Part shown: positions 42,010 to 51,649 of the stretch, in pieces
How positions within the stretch are numbered: position 1 is the stretch's first letter
Layout: each line of letters starts with the position of its first letter
Assembly: GCA_963702005.1 (NCBI GenBank)
Contig: OY969696.1
Location: 736,001 to 800,000, forward strand
Source of the DNA: Candidatus Aminicenantes bacterium
GTDB taxonomy: Bacteria > Acidobacteriota > Aminicenantia > Aminicenantales > JAFGBC01
Direction: 5' to 3'
Length of the DNA stretch: 64,000 bases
The notes under the pieces: model-generated
The model's input: only the letters and a program-made list of their open reading frames with translations
What the model was told of the DNA's origin: nothing
The model's database searches: none
Translations under genes and position numbers: made by a program

Positions 42010-42903
42010 TCAGCCGGCTTTGTCCGGGGCCGGCGCGGAAGCGGCCGGAGCCCTGGCCCCCAGGAATTCGTATTGGATCGAGCCCATGGCGCAGGAGTCC
42101 ACGCATTTGAGGCAGCGGATGCAGTCCGGCGAATTGGGCCGCTTGTAGACCTCGATGTCCAGCGGGCAGGACCGGGCGCACTTGCCGCAGGAGGTGCAGG
42201 TTCCCTCGTCGATCGTCATCCGGAATACGGAGGCCTTGTTGAAAAGCCCGAAGATGGCGCCCAGTGGGCAGGCCGTCCGGCAGAACGGCCTCATGCTGAA
42301 GACCATCCAGATCAGGAACAGTACCAGGACGCCCATCTTCCACTTGAACATGAAGGCGAGCTGGGCCCTGATCCCGGCGTTGAGGGCCGCGAGGGGGATG
42401 CCGGCGATCAAGGTCCCGTCGGGGCAGATCCACTTGCAGAACCAGGTCTGGCCGTAGCCGAACTCGTCGACGAGGAGGAGGGGCAGCGCGAAGACGAACA
42501 GGACCGTGATGATGTAGCGGAGGTAGGTCAGGACGCGGGGGATACGGAGCTTGGGCGATGGAATTTTATGGACGAGCTCTTGGACGAGGCCGAACGGGCA
42601 GAGCCAGCCGCAGGGAATGCGGCCGACCAGGCTCCCCACGGCCCCTAAGATCCCGAGGACGTAGAAACCGAATTGGTGGACGGCGACCGAGAGGTTGAAG
42701 CGGAGGGCCCCCAGGAAGTTCTGAAGGGAGCCGACCGGGCAGGCCCCGATCGCGGACGGGCAGGAGTAGCAGTTGAGGACGGGCAGGCAGATCCCCTTGA
42801 TGCCGCCCTGGAAGATCTCGCCCTTGAGCCAGTTGGGGAGGTAGGCGTTGAAGCCCAGGACGGCGGCGGCTTGGACCCATTTCCGGGTGCGTTGTCTGGC
42901 CAT
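42010..42903 (-). CDS. Membrane 4Fe-4S binding protein (NapH/RdxA-like)
   Basis: CxxxCP motifs (CGWLCPFG, CKWICP, CRTACPLG), TM helices, two CxxCxxCxxxC ferredoxin motifs. Confidence 0.9.
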   Translation of the reverse strand: MARQRTRKWVQAAAVLGFNAYLPNWLKGEIFQGGIKGICLPVLNCYSCPSAIGACPVGSLQNFLGALRFNLSVAVHQFGFYVLGILGAVGSLVGRIPCGWLCPFGLVQELVHKIPSPKLRIPRVLTYLRYIITVLFVFALPLLLVDEFGYGQTWFCKWICPDGTLIAGIPLAALNAGIRAQLAFMFKWKMGVLVLFLIWMVFSMRPFCRTACPLGAIFGLFNKASVFRMTIDEGTCTSCGKCARSCPLDIEVYKRPNSPDCIRCLKCVDSCAMGSIQYEFLGARAPAASAPAPDKAG

Positions 42904-42925
42904 GGTCGCGCTCCTCGGACGGGGC

Positions 42926-43060
42926 TCAGCCGATCCCGATGCAGTCCAGGCAGATCGTCACGGCCTTCTCCAGGACGGTCTGGAATTCGCCGAGCTTGAG
43001 GCCGATCAGGATCAGGACGACCGACGCCGCGAACAGGATCCAGGGCAGCTTCCGTTTCAT
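42926..43060 (-). CDS. Small CXXC membrane protein (CD1871A-like), 44 aa, below ORF-track cutoff
   Basis: MKRKLPWILFAASVVLILIGLKLGEFQTVLEKAVTICLDCIGIG; ATG overlaps upstream stop; sits before 4Fe-4S gene as typical for the family. Confidence 0.85.
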   Translation of the reverse strand: MKRKLPWILFAASVVLILIGLKLGEFQTVLEKAVTICLDCIGIG

Positions 43061-43674
43061 TTACCGCTCCCCTTGACGAGAGCGCCGATGATCTCGTCAA
43101 GCTCCGTGATGTGCTCTTTTTTAAACCCGATATGGGCGTGACTGATGACGCCGGTTGCGTCGATGAGATAGACGACCGGAATTTCCTGGACCTTATAGCG
43201 GCCCGCCATGTCCTTGGTCGTCTGGATGACGTCGGCCGCGGCCGCCCGGTCGGGGGGATCGGCCAGCATCGGGTAGCTGATCTTGAGCTTCCCGTAGAAG
43301 GGCTTGACGACCCTGGACCCCTTCTGGTCGAGGGCGATTCCGAACAGTTGAAGGCCGCCCTCGGCCTGGCCGGGCTTGGGCTGATACTTTTCGTAGAGTT
43401 GCTGCATATAGGGCATGGCCGCCCGGCAGGGGACGCACCAGGTCGCCCAGAAGTCGACCAAAACGCCGGCCGGGTAGGTCTTGGCCTGTTCCGGCTTGCC
43501 GTTGACGACCTTCTCGGTCAGCAGGCAGAGCCGGCCGTTTTCGAGGAAGACGGTATAGGTGACGTCGTCGACGCCCTTGAGGCTGAAGGGAATGAGGCGA
43601 TCGCCTTTGGCCAGGATGCCGAATACGGCCGGGGCCATCGCCAGGACTAGGGCGAGGATGATGAGCCGCTTCAT
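43057..43674 (-). CDS. TlpA family disulfide reductase, exported
   Basis: Signal peptide, DFWATWCVPC, EIP cis-Pro loop. Confidence 0.88.
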   Translation of the reverse strand: MKRLIILALVLAMAPAVFGILAKGDRLIPFSLKGVDDVTYTVFLENGRLCLLTEKVVNGKPEQAKTYPAGVLVDFWATWCVPCRAAMPYMQQLYEKYQPKPGQAEGGLQLFGIALDQKGSRVVKPFYGKLKISYPMLADPPDRAAAADVIQTTKDMAGRYKVQEIPVVYLIDATGVISHAHIGFKKEHITELDEIIGALVKGSGK

Positions 43675-44261
43675 GAAGGCTCCTTGGGGACGGGGGTTTG
43701 GGACCCGATATTGAAACCGATCCCCAAGGCGAGCTGGAAACCTCCGATATCGGCTTTGATGTCCTGTGGCTTGACCTTGCAGCGCGTGTAGCCGGCCTGG
43801 ACGTCGACGAGGACGCCGCCCGGGATCTCGAGAAAGGCCCCGGCCTTCAGGCCGACGCCGAGGCTCCCTTTTTCGACGACCCCGATGACGCTCTTTTCTT
43901 TATACTGGAAATAGCCCAGCCCGGCGCCGACGTAGGGGCGGATAAAGCCGGTCAGCGGGATCTGGTACTTGACGCCGGCCAGGATAGGAATGATCCGGAG
44001 CTTGGCCTCTTCCCCGGTCAGGGTCAGCGCTCCCGTTTTGCTGAAGTAATCGGCGCTCGCCCAGATGGCGAACCGGCCCGCCAGTCCGACCGTGACTTCG
44101 CCCCCCAAGCACAAGCCGCCGCCGTAGATGTCCTTGAAGGCGGTCTCGGTCGGCTGGAAATAGACGGCTTTGGCCTCGATGACGAAGGCGTTCGCCGCGG
44201 GGGCCGCGGCCAGGAACGCCAACCCCAGGCACATAAGCGTCGCCAGCGTTTTAATTTTCAT
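43671..44261 (-). CDS. Small outer-membrane beta-barrel (OmpW/OmpA-like)
   Basis: Signal ANA|F, RPYVGAGLGY, alternating strands, LGIGFN. Confidence 0.8.
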   Translation of the reverse strand: MKIKTLATLMCLGLAFLAAAPAANAFVIEAKAVYFQPTETAFKDIYGGGLCLGGEVTVGLAGRFAIWASADYFSKTGALTLTGEEAKLRIIPILAGVKYQIPLTGFIRPYVGAGLGYFQYKEKSVIGVVEKGSLGVGLKAGAFLEIPGGVLVDVQAGYTRCKVKPQDIKADIGGFQLALGIGFNIGSQTPVPKEPS

Positions 44262-44278
44262 GGTTCCTCTCTCTTCCT

Positions 44279-46771
44279 TCAGCGGACCGTGATCGTAGCT
44301 TCCTGACCTTCGCGGCCCGTCTTATCGACGGCCAGGAGCGCGTAGGTATAGGTCTTGTCCTTTTCGACCCCGCGCTGCCGGAACTCGAGGATGGAAGAAT
44401 CGAGCTCGGCCAGGAAACGGCGCGTCCCCCCTTCGGCGAGGTAGATCCGGTAGGTTCGGATGTCGACGTTGGCGGGGTTGGCCCGCCAGCTCAGGACGTT
44501 GATGTATTCGGCCGAGATGACGCCGCGGTTGATTTTTTTGACGCCGGTCGCGTCGAGGGGCGGATAGATGCTTCGGATGAAACCGGCCGCCAAGGACTTA
44601 TCGGAGTCCATCAGGAGCGTCAGGGGATTAACCGTCCCGGTCGCGCTCCCCGTCCAGCCCGTGAACTCGAAGTTGGGTTCGGGGAGGGCCGTGACCGAGA
44701 CCGAGCTATTCATGTCGTAGGAATGATTCCCCGGCGCGGGATCGGTCGTCCCGCCCGTCGTCGCGCTGAGGCTGAGGACGAAGCGGCTCGACTGACGATA
44801 GCGGAAGACGCCGCCCCCGTTCGTCCCGACGAACAGGGTTTTGGTCGTGGGATTGACGCCCAGGGTGAGAACGTTCCGGACCGGCAGGGTGGCATTGAGG
44901 TCCGTCCAGTCCAGGCCGCGGTTCGCGCTGGCATAGACGCCGTCCGTGCCGGCGATGGTGATGGAAGAGGTCGCGACGGGATCGATATAAATGCAGGTCA
45001 CCGGAGTGTCGGCCAGTTTGGTCCAGGTCGCGCCGCCGTTCTCGCTCCTGAACAAGCCCCCGTTCGTGCCGGCGTAGATCGTCGCCGCAGCAGCCGGATC
45101 GACGGCCAGATCCTGGATCGGGTCGGCGAAAATTCCGGCGGCGAGTTTGGTCCAGCTCGTCCCCCCGTCGAGCGATTTATAGAGGGCGCCGGCCGAGTTG
45201 ACCGTGCCGCCCAGATAGACGGTCCTGTCGTTCGCCGGATCGATCGCGACGGCGAGCGCCGCCGCGGGGGTCGAACCGGCGACCGCGGAATCCGAGACCA
45301 AGTACGTGTCCCAGGTAGTCCCGGCGTCGAGGGTTTTATGCATCGCCATGACCTGAACCCCCGACACGCTCGTGTATCCGGCGATGAACAGGTGGTTGGG
45401 ATTGCGCTCGTTGAGAAGAAGGTCCTTAAAGCTCTTGGTCAACAAATGCTCCCAGCTCTTACCGCCGTCTACAGACCTGTAGACGTCATCCGCCCCTCAG
45501 CCTCCGGCCAGAATGTAGAGCTTGTCCGGATTGGTCGGAGTGACGACGATCCGCAGGACTTTGTCGCAGCGATAGAAGTCCGGCAAGCGCTGCCAGGAAG
45601 TTCCGCTGCTGAGGCTCCGGTAGAAGCCGTTGGCTTGGAACTCGATGTAGATGGTGCCGGCCGCGGAGGGGGCAACCCCCAAGGCCGGGATGAGGGACGC
45701 CTGGATGCCGGAATGGGAGGCTTCCCAGGTTTGCCCCCCGTCCGTGCTCTTATAAACGCCGCCCGTGGAGCCGAAGTAAATCGCCGAAGCCGTGATAACG
45801 ATGGCCCGGCCGGCTCCGTAAAGGCCGACGCCGAACTCCGTCCAGTTGACGCCGCCGTCCACGCTTTTATAGCACTTCTTATCGTACCCGGCGTAGAGGA
45901 CGTCCGGGTTGGCCGGGTCGACGGCCAGCGTGTAGCCGAAGGCGAAGCCCTCGTTCCTCTGCCAGGACCGTCCGCCGTCCGTGCTGCGGTAGATTCCCCA
46001 GCTCGTCGCCGCCCAGACCTTGTCCGGGTTCGTCGGGTGGACGGCCAGGGAGGTGACCAGGTCCGTGATCTCCGTCCCGATGATCGACCAGGACGTCCCT
46101 CCGTTCACCGACTTGTACATCCGATAGATGGCGGCGACCCCGGTCGTGAGCGAGCCGGCCAGGTAGAGGGTCGACGGGCTCGAGGGGGCGACGGCCAAAG
46201 CCGTCGCCGAGCCTGTGTCCGAGCTCGGGCTGAGCTTGACGGTCGTCCAGGTCCGGCCGCCGTCCGCGGTCTTGAAGAAAGCCATGCAGTTCTTCCCCGC
46301 TAAGGCGCCGTAGGCCCCCGTGGCGTAGACGATATTCGAGTTCGAGGGGTGGATGGCCAGCTTGCCGCCGACGGAGAAGCGGTTGGCGCCGAAGGCAAAT
46401 TCGGACCAGGACACGCCCTTGTCCTCCGATTTGAGGATGCCGGTATCGGTCAGGATGTAAGCGATGTTGGCGTCGCGATTGACGGCCAGGTCCAGGGCCG
46501 TACGCTCGAACGTCGCCCGGCGTGCCCAGCTCCGGCCTCCGCTTGTCGTCCAAAAGACCTGGCTGAACCCGGTGAGCCCGGAGAGGGCCAGAAGCTCGCT
46601 TTGTTTTGAGGGGTTCAGCGCGAGCGTCGTGATGCTCCCCCCTTCCGGTCCCAGCGCTTCCCAAGCGGCGGCCGCCGGCCGGAATCTCGGGGTGGATACC
46701 CTCTCCCCCGCGCCGAACGCGAGGCTGAAGAATACCGAGAGACCGATTCCGATGGCGCCGATCTTTCTCAT
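44279..46771 (-). CDS. Putative selenoprotein 6: exported Asp-box beta-propeller with InlB B-repeat-like and Fn3-like tail (830 aa, Sec425 at TGA 45497-45499)
   Basis: ...ILAGG-U-GADDVYRSVDGGKSWEHLLTK... in frame into ORF 44279..45445; first gene of apparent operon with redox genes. Confidence 0.88.
45466..45485 (-). promoter_or_regulatory. Bacterial SECIS-like hairpin
   Basis: CGUCUACA-GGUC-UGUAGACG, 11 nt after UGA. Confidence 0.88.
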
Positions 46772-46888
46772 AGCTCTTTTCTCCTCAGGGGCCTCCCGCG
46801 AGTTGGACCTATTATACAGAACCGGTTTCGGTCAAGCAACCGGGTTCGCCCCGTGCCCGTGCTGCCCGTTTCTATGACTTGTGTCCGC

Positions 46889-47290
46889 TTATTTCTTGAG
46901 CTTCGCGATGAACCCGGCGTCGATCCAGTAGATGTCCGAATCCCCGTTCCGGGGGGCCTTGAAGAGGTCGAGGAGCTTCCGGGTCGTGACGGGCCCGGAG
47001 GCGAAGTCGAGCGGCAGGGCCTTGGTCGAGGCGAAGAAAAAGTATTTCCCGTCAGGGGAGAGGGAGCAGGAGCTGGCCGAGGCCCCGGCGAAATTGATCT
47101 CCGGGCCGAGGTTGACGGGCTCGCTCCAGCGATCGTCGGCGCTCCGGAAGAAGATGTAATAGTTCGGGAGGCCGGGCGTCAGACTGTCCTTCCGGCCGTC
47201 GACGCAGGCGATGAGGAAGCCCTCGTCGCGCGAGACATAGGCGTTATAAATCGTCTCTTTTCTATTCACGGGAGCGGGCAGCGGTTCAGC
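46889..47290 (-). pseudogene. 5'-truncated PD40/TolB-like propeller gene remnant
   Basis: WSEPVNLGPEIN, LSPDGKYFFFAS, DIYWIDA C-terminal motifs; in-frame TAG just upstream, no signal peptide. Confidence 0.65.
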
Positions 47291-47410
47291 CTAGAGAGGC
47301 GGTCAGGACGCCATGGATATCCTGAGCTGGACCATATTCATCTTGTTCCCGGCCGCGAGGGGCCTCTGGTTCATCGCCGAAGGCCGGAAGAGAGGTTCGA
47401 CTCGGCCGAC

Positions 47411-49498
47411 TTATTTCTTGGGGTCGAATCTGACCAGGTAACTATCATAAGAGCCCTTGAGCATCTTTTGGAATGCGCGGATGGTCGGGAAATCCGGGCT
47501 GTTTGTTAGGCCCGCGACATAGATCTTGGAATCCGGGGTTACAAAGAGCGTACCTGCTTTGTCATAAAAGGACCCACCCAAGAAGGTTGAAAAAACGAGG
47601 CTTTGTCCGTCCGCGGAAAGAACCGACATGAATGAATCGGTGGTCCCGTTTTTCTTTTTTTGAACGGCGTTCTTGAGGGGGAAATCGGCACTCGTGGTAT
47701 CTCCGCCCAGATAGACCTGCCCTTTCCCATCCAGGGCGACACAATTGAGGAAATCGTGGCCCGATCCCCCAAAGTACGTGGAATAGACGAGACTCTGCCC
47801 ATCGGGCGCAAACTTGGTCACGAAACCGTCTATCCCTTTTCGGACGGTCCGGAAGGCCTTACATAAAGGAAAGCGGCCGTTGGTAAAGCCGCTGATCACG
47901 AGGGCGCCGGAGTCGTCTACTGCGATTCCGGTGGGAGAGTCATAGCTCGAGCTTCCCAAATAAGTGGAATAGACAAGCCGCCGACCGTCCGATGCGAGCT
48001 TGGCGACGAAAACGTCATACATCCCTCCGAAGAGCTTCTGGAACGCATTTTTAACCGGGAAATTCACGCTGAACGTCGTCCCGACGATATAGGCCGCGCC
48101 GGCCCTATCGACTGCGATCCTTTCCGGCCGGTCATAATTTGAGCCCCCGAGATAGGTCGAATAGACGAGCGTTCGGCCATCCGGGGAGAATTTGGTAATG
48201 AAGACATCATCCATTCCTGCGAGTCGGCCTTGGATGGGATGGTACAATCGGAGGTTCTTGCTCGCCGTACATCCCGAAATGACGGGCGAGCCATTCGGGT
48301 CCAGGCCGATGGCGTTGATATAGTCATAGTCGGAACCTCCGAAGTAGCTGGAAAAAACCAGGCTCCGGCCGTTCGGAGCAAGCTTGGTGATGAATCCATC
48401 GTAGTCCCCACCCCCGAATTTTTCCTGAAAAGCGTTCTTGATTGGAAATTTGTTATTGGCGGTATAGCCGACAATAGTGGCGGCCCCCGACTCATCGACG
48501 GCCAGATCTAAAGGGGAACCACTGACCAAGGGAAAGAAGGCCGAATAGACAAGCGATTGACCGTCGCTAGCCATCTTGAGAACAAAGGCATCCCATCGCG
48601 CGATGTATAAAGATATGGAGTTCCCAGTGGCGACGGGAAAATCGGGGCTGAAAGTCTGACCGGTTAAGAAGACCTCTCCCGACGGGGCTGCGGCAATAGC
48701 GGTTGTGTAGTCATAGTCCTTCCCTCCGAAATAAGTGGAATAGCCGATGGTGTAGGGGTCGATGAAAAGGTCCCGGGAACGGTCATGGGGACCGACCTTT
48801 ATTCCGAATTCGTTGCGGGCGATCTCTCTGAATCCGGCCTCAACCCTGATCCGCCGGCCGGAATCTTCCTGATAGGCCGAGGGTCTTCGGTGCTCAGCTG
48901 CGCCGCGCGATGTCTCGATGACAAGATTTCCCTCGCCATCGATGATCGTCTTGTCGGCTCCCTCGAACACCATCCGGATCCGACCGGGGTCTCCTCCGGG
49001 CTTTACGATCCAGTCGTATTCGACCTCCTGTTCGGCGCTGTAGATTTTAAGGTCGATGCGGTCATAGATTTCTTTGTACAGGACGGCCGAGGAAGTCGGC
49101 AGGCCCGTTATCCAATCGGCGGGCTGGCTGCCGTTGAAATAACTAACCGTATAGTCGGCGGGGTTGAGCGCCATGATCTTGCACTTCGGAGAAAGCCCTT
49201 TGAAAATAAGCCGCGTCACTTCGCGCGTGCGGGCCGTTCCGTCCCCGGGCCCGGGTTTCAGGCTATCGAAGATCAAACCTTCCCGGGTCAACCATAGGGT
49301 CGTCCGACCCAAATTGGCATAGAAGAGGGCGCGGCCGTCCTCTTGACCTCGGTTGGCAATAAAATAGAGCGGGATCTTCGGCATCCCCGGGGCCGGGGTT
49401 TGAAAAGAATCAGCCCCTGCCGCCGGGATGGTCAGGCTCATCCCCAGATCGGTCACTGCCCAGATTACGAACAAGACAAGCCAAGCACCCTTTTTCAT
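47411..49498 (-). CDS. Exported SBBP-repeat beta-propeller protein
   Basis: FIANRGQ, LFIDP, repeated LVYSTYLGGS..D and G.T.S.DFP; visibly lower GC. Confidence 0.88.
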   Translation of the reverse strand: MKKGAWLVLFVIWAVTDLGMSLTIPAAGADSFQTPAPGMPKIPLYFIANRGQEDGRALFYANLGRTTLWLTREGLIFDSLKPGPGDGTARTREVTRLIFKGLSPKCKIMALNPADYTVSYFNGSQPADWITGLPTSSAVLYKEIYDRIDLKIYSAEQEVEYDWIVKPGGDPGRIRMVFEGADKTIIDGEGNLVIETSRGAAEHRRPSAYQEDSGRRIRVEAGFREIARNEFGIKVGPHDRSRDLFIDPYTIGYSTYFGGKDYDYTTAIAAAPSGEVFLTGQTFSPDFPVATGNSISLYIARWDAFVLKMASDGQSLVYSAFFPLVSGSPLDLAVDESGAATIVGYTANNKFPIKNAFQEKFGGGDYDGFITKLAPNGRSLVFSSYFGGSDYDYINAIGLDPNGSPVISGCTASKNLRLYHPIQGRLAGMDDVFITKFSPDGRTLVYSTYLGGSNYDRPERIAVDRAGAAYIVGTTFSVNFPVKNAFQKLFGGMYDVFVAKLASDGRRLVYSTYLGSSSYDSPTGIAVDDSGALVISGFTNGRFPLCKAFRTVRKGIDGFVTKFAPDGQSLVYSTYFGGSGHDFLNCVALDGKGQVYLGGDTTSADFPLKNAVQKKKNGTTDSFMSVLSADGQSLVFSTFLGGSFYDKAGTLFVTPDSKIYVAGLTNSPDFPTIRAFQKMLKGSYDSYLVRFDPKK

Positions 49499-49751
49499 GA
49501 ATCCCTCCCTTTATTAAAGACATTTGTTTTTTTCGCGGCGTGGTGAATCGCCGCTCCGAGCGCCGAACCTCCCCTCCTGATCACGTAAGAATAGTACTTC
49601 CGGCCGCTCGGCGAAGTCAACCCACGGACATCCCAGCTTTCCCTTTATTCGTGCCTAAGGCTATACACCATTTTCTTTTTCGCCCGGGAGGAGAGGTGTG
49701 TCGGATTTCCTGTAACATCGACAAGAAGGGAGCGGAAATGCAACAGGTTTT

Positions 49752-50744
49752 TTAAGCGCGGCGGTGGAGGAGGTAGATGAAGAAGGGCGCGCCCGCGGCC
49801 GCGGTGATGATCCCAATCGGAAGCTCGGTCGCCGGGAGAAGAGAGCGGGCGGCCAGGTCGCAGAAAACGAGGAAGACCCCGCCGGTCAGGGCCGAGAAGG
49901 GGAAGAGATGGCGGTGGTCGGGGCCGATCCAGATCCGGACCCAGTGGGGGACGATGAGTCCGACGAAACCTATGATGCCGGAGACGGAGACCGCCGAGGC
50001 GGCCAGGAGCGTGGCCAGGACTAGGAACCCGCCCCGGACCCGGTCGACCGGGCAGCCCAGCGAGCGGGCTGTTTCGTCGCCGAGGGCGAGGAGGTTCATA
50101 TCGCGGGCCAGCCATTGGGCGACGAGAAGGCCGGCTGCCAGATAAGGCGCCACGACGCCGACCTGGTTCCACTCGGCCAGGGCGAAGCTCCCCAGGAGCC
50201 AAAAGACGGCCTGCTCGAAGGAATCGGTCCGCAAAAAGAGGAGAAAAGACGTCAGTGCCGAGGCCAGCGCTCCGAGCGCGATCCCGGTCAAGAGCAGGGT
50301 TTCGACTTTGAGGATGCCCCGCCGCCGCGAGAGGAGATAGATGAAGGAGACAAGCAGGAGTCCCGACCCGAAGGCGAACAAGCTCTGGACCGAAAACCCG
50401 AAGACGGCGAAGCCGAGGCCGAGTTGGATGGAGAGGACGGCCCCGAAAGACGACCCGGACGAGACGCCCAGAACGAACGGATCGGCCATCGGGTTCTGGA
50501 AAAAGCCTTGGAGAATGGCCCCGGCCAAGGCCAGGCTCGCGCCGACGAAGAAGGCGAGCAGAGCGCGGGAGAGGCGGAGGTCGACGACGATTGCGGCCAG
50601 GTCCCGATCGCCCTTGGCGACGAGACGCCAGAGGTCGGCCGGGCCGGTCGGGACGGGGCCGATGAGAAGGGAAGCGAGGAATCCGATGAGGCCGATAACG
50701 ATCAGGCCCGCGAGGAGGATCAGCCGTTTTTTACGGGCCGTCAT
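49752..50744 (-). CDS. FecCD/BtuC family ABC permease
   Basis: LRLSRAL, QNPMADPFVLGVSSG, LGDETARSLG, IGFVGLIVPH, ELPIG. Confidence 0.9.
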   Translation of the reverse strand: MTARKKRLILLAGLIVIGLIGFLASLLIGPVPTGPADLWRLVAKGDRDLAAIVVDLRLSRALLAFFVGASLALAGAILQGFFQNPMADPFVLGVSSGSSFGAVLSIQLGLGFAVFGFSVQSLFAFGSGLLLVSFIYLLSRRRGILKVETLLLTGIALGALASALTSFLLFLRTDSFEQAVFWLLGSFALAEWNQVGVVAPYLAAGLLVAQWLARDMNLLALGDETARSLGCPVDRVRGGFLVLATLLAASAVSVSGIIGFVGLIVPHWVRIWIGPDHRHLFPFSALTGGVFLVFCDLAARSLLPATELPIGIITAAAGAPFFIYLLHRRA

Positions 50745-51649
50745 GGCTCCGCTCCTTGATGGGCGGGATGAAGGATAAGGACCAGCTCCTGAAATGTATC
50801 CACCAGGCGGGGACCGAACCGGCTCGCCTTGTTCTCGTCGAGAAAGCTCATCCGCCCCGCGGCCACGGCTCTCAGGTGCTTGAGCCTCGGCTCGGACCGG
50901 AACCAGCCGGCCGCGCGCTCGAAGTCCGCTCGGGTCTTGGCCAGGATGACGACGACGTCCGGGTCTTGATGGAGGATTTCCTCCCGGCCGAGGAGGACCC
51001 ACTTTTTGGCGATTCCGCCGGCGATGTTGACGCCGCCCGCCCTGCTAATGAGAGCGTCGAGGAAGCTCTCGCGGCCGCAGGTCCATAAGCCCTGGCCTTG
51101 AAGGCTCAGGAAGACCTTGGGCTTCTCGGCGAGACCGCGCAGGGGGGCTTCGATAGCCTTGATTCGGGCGTCGAGCGCCGCGCTGAGGGCGCGGGCGGCT
51201 TCCTCGCTTCCCGTGACGAGGCCGATCTTTCCGATCGTCTCGAGCAGGGATTCGAGCGAGGTCCCCGGCTCGAGGCTGAAGACGGGCAGGCCGAGGCTCC
51301 GCATCTTGCCGAGAGCCCGGACCGGATTCCCCCGGAAAGCCAGGATCAGGTCGGGCTTGAGGGCGCTGATCTTTTCGAGGCCGGGATCGACCAAGCCGCC
51401 GACCTTATCCTTAGTCAGGGCGCCGGCCGGATAATCGCAATAGCGGGTCACGCCGACGATCCGCTCCTCGAGGCCGAGCGCGAACAGGATCTCCGTGACG
51501 TTGGGGGCCAGCGAAATGATGCGCCGGGGCGGCGGCCCGATCGTCCATTCGCGGCCGAGGTCGTCTTTGATCGTTCGGGATTGGCTGGCGATGAAGGCCG
51601 ATGCCGCGAGCGCCAGGGCGGCCGGCCATCCTAACCTCTTCACTTGCAT
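50741..51649 (-). CDS. Cobalamin/iron-siderophore ABC substrate-binding protein (BtuF-like)
   Basis: RIISLAPNVTEILFALG, VGVTRYCDYP, RFGPRL. Confidence 0.88.
   Translation of the reverse strand: MQVKRLGWPAALALAASAFIASQSRTIKDDLGREWTIGPPPRRIISLAPNVTEILFALGLEERIVGVTRYCDYPAGALTKDKVGGLVDPGLEKISALKPDLILAFRGNPVRALGKMRSLGLPVFSLEPGTSLESLLETIGKIGLVTGSEEAARALSAALDARIKAIEAPLRGLAEKPKVFLSLQGQGLWTCGRESFLDALISRAGGVNIAGGIAKKWVLLGREEILHQDPDVVVILAKTRADFERAAGWFRSEPRLKHLRAVAAGRMSFLDENKASRFGPRLVDTFQELVLILHPAHQGAEP

Noticed and set aside
42926-42928. GGC-TGA at the end of the CXXC mini-protein as another Sec codon
   Set aside because: CIGIG is the usual family C-terminus, the next gene is out of frame and no GGUC hairpin follows. 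The same applies to the Gly-TGA ends of rph and the 4Fe-4S gene.
20833-45499. Hairpins as intrinsic terminators and TGAs as true stops or nonsense mutations
   Set aside because: No U-tract. The frame continues with a conserved Asp-box in all six genes at the same position, always TGA. The downstream halves lack signal peptides.
34081-46800. Integrative element or prophage at selC
   Set aside because: No integrase, phage genes or recognisable att duplication seen in the window.
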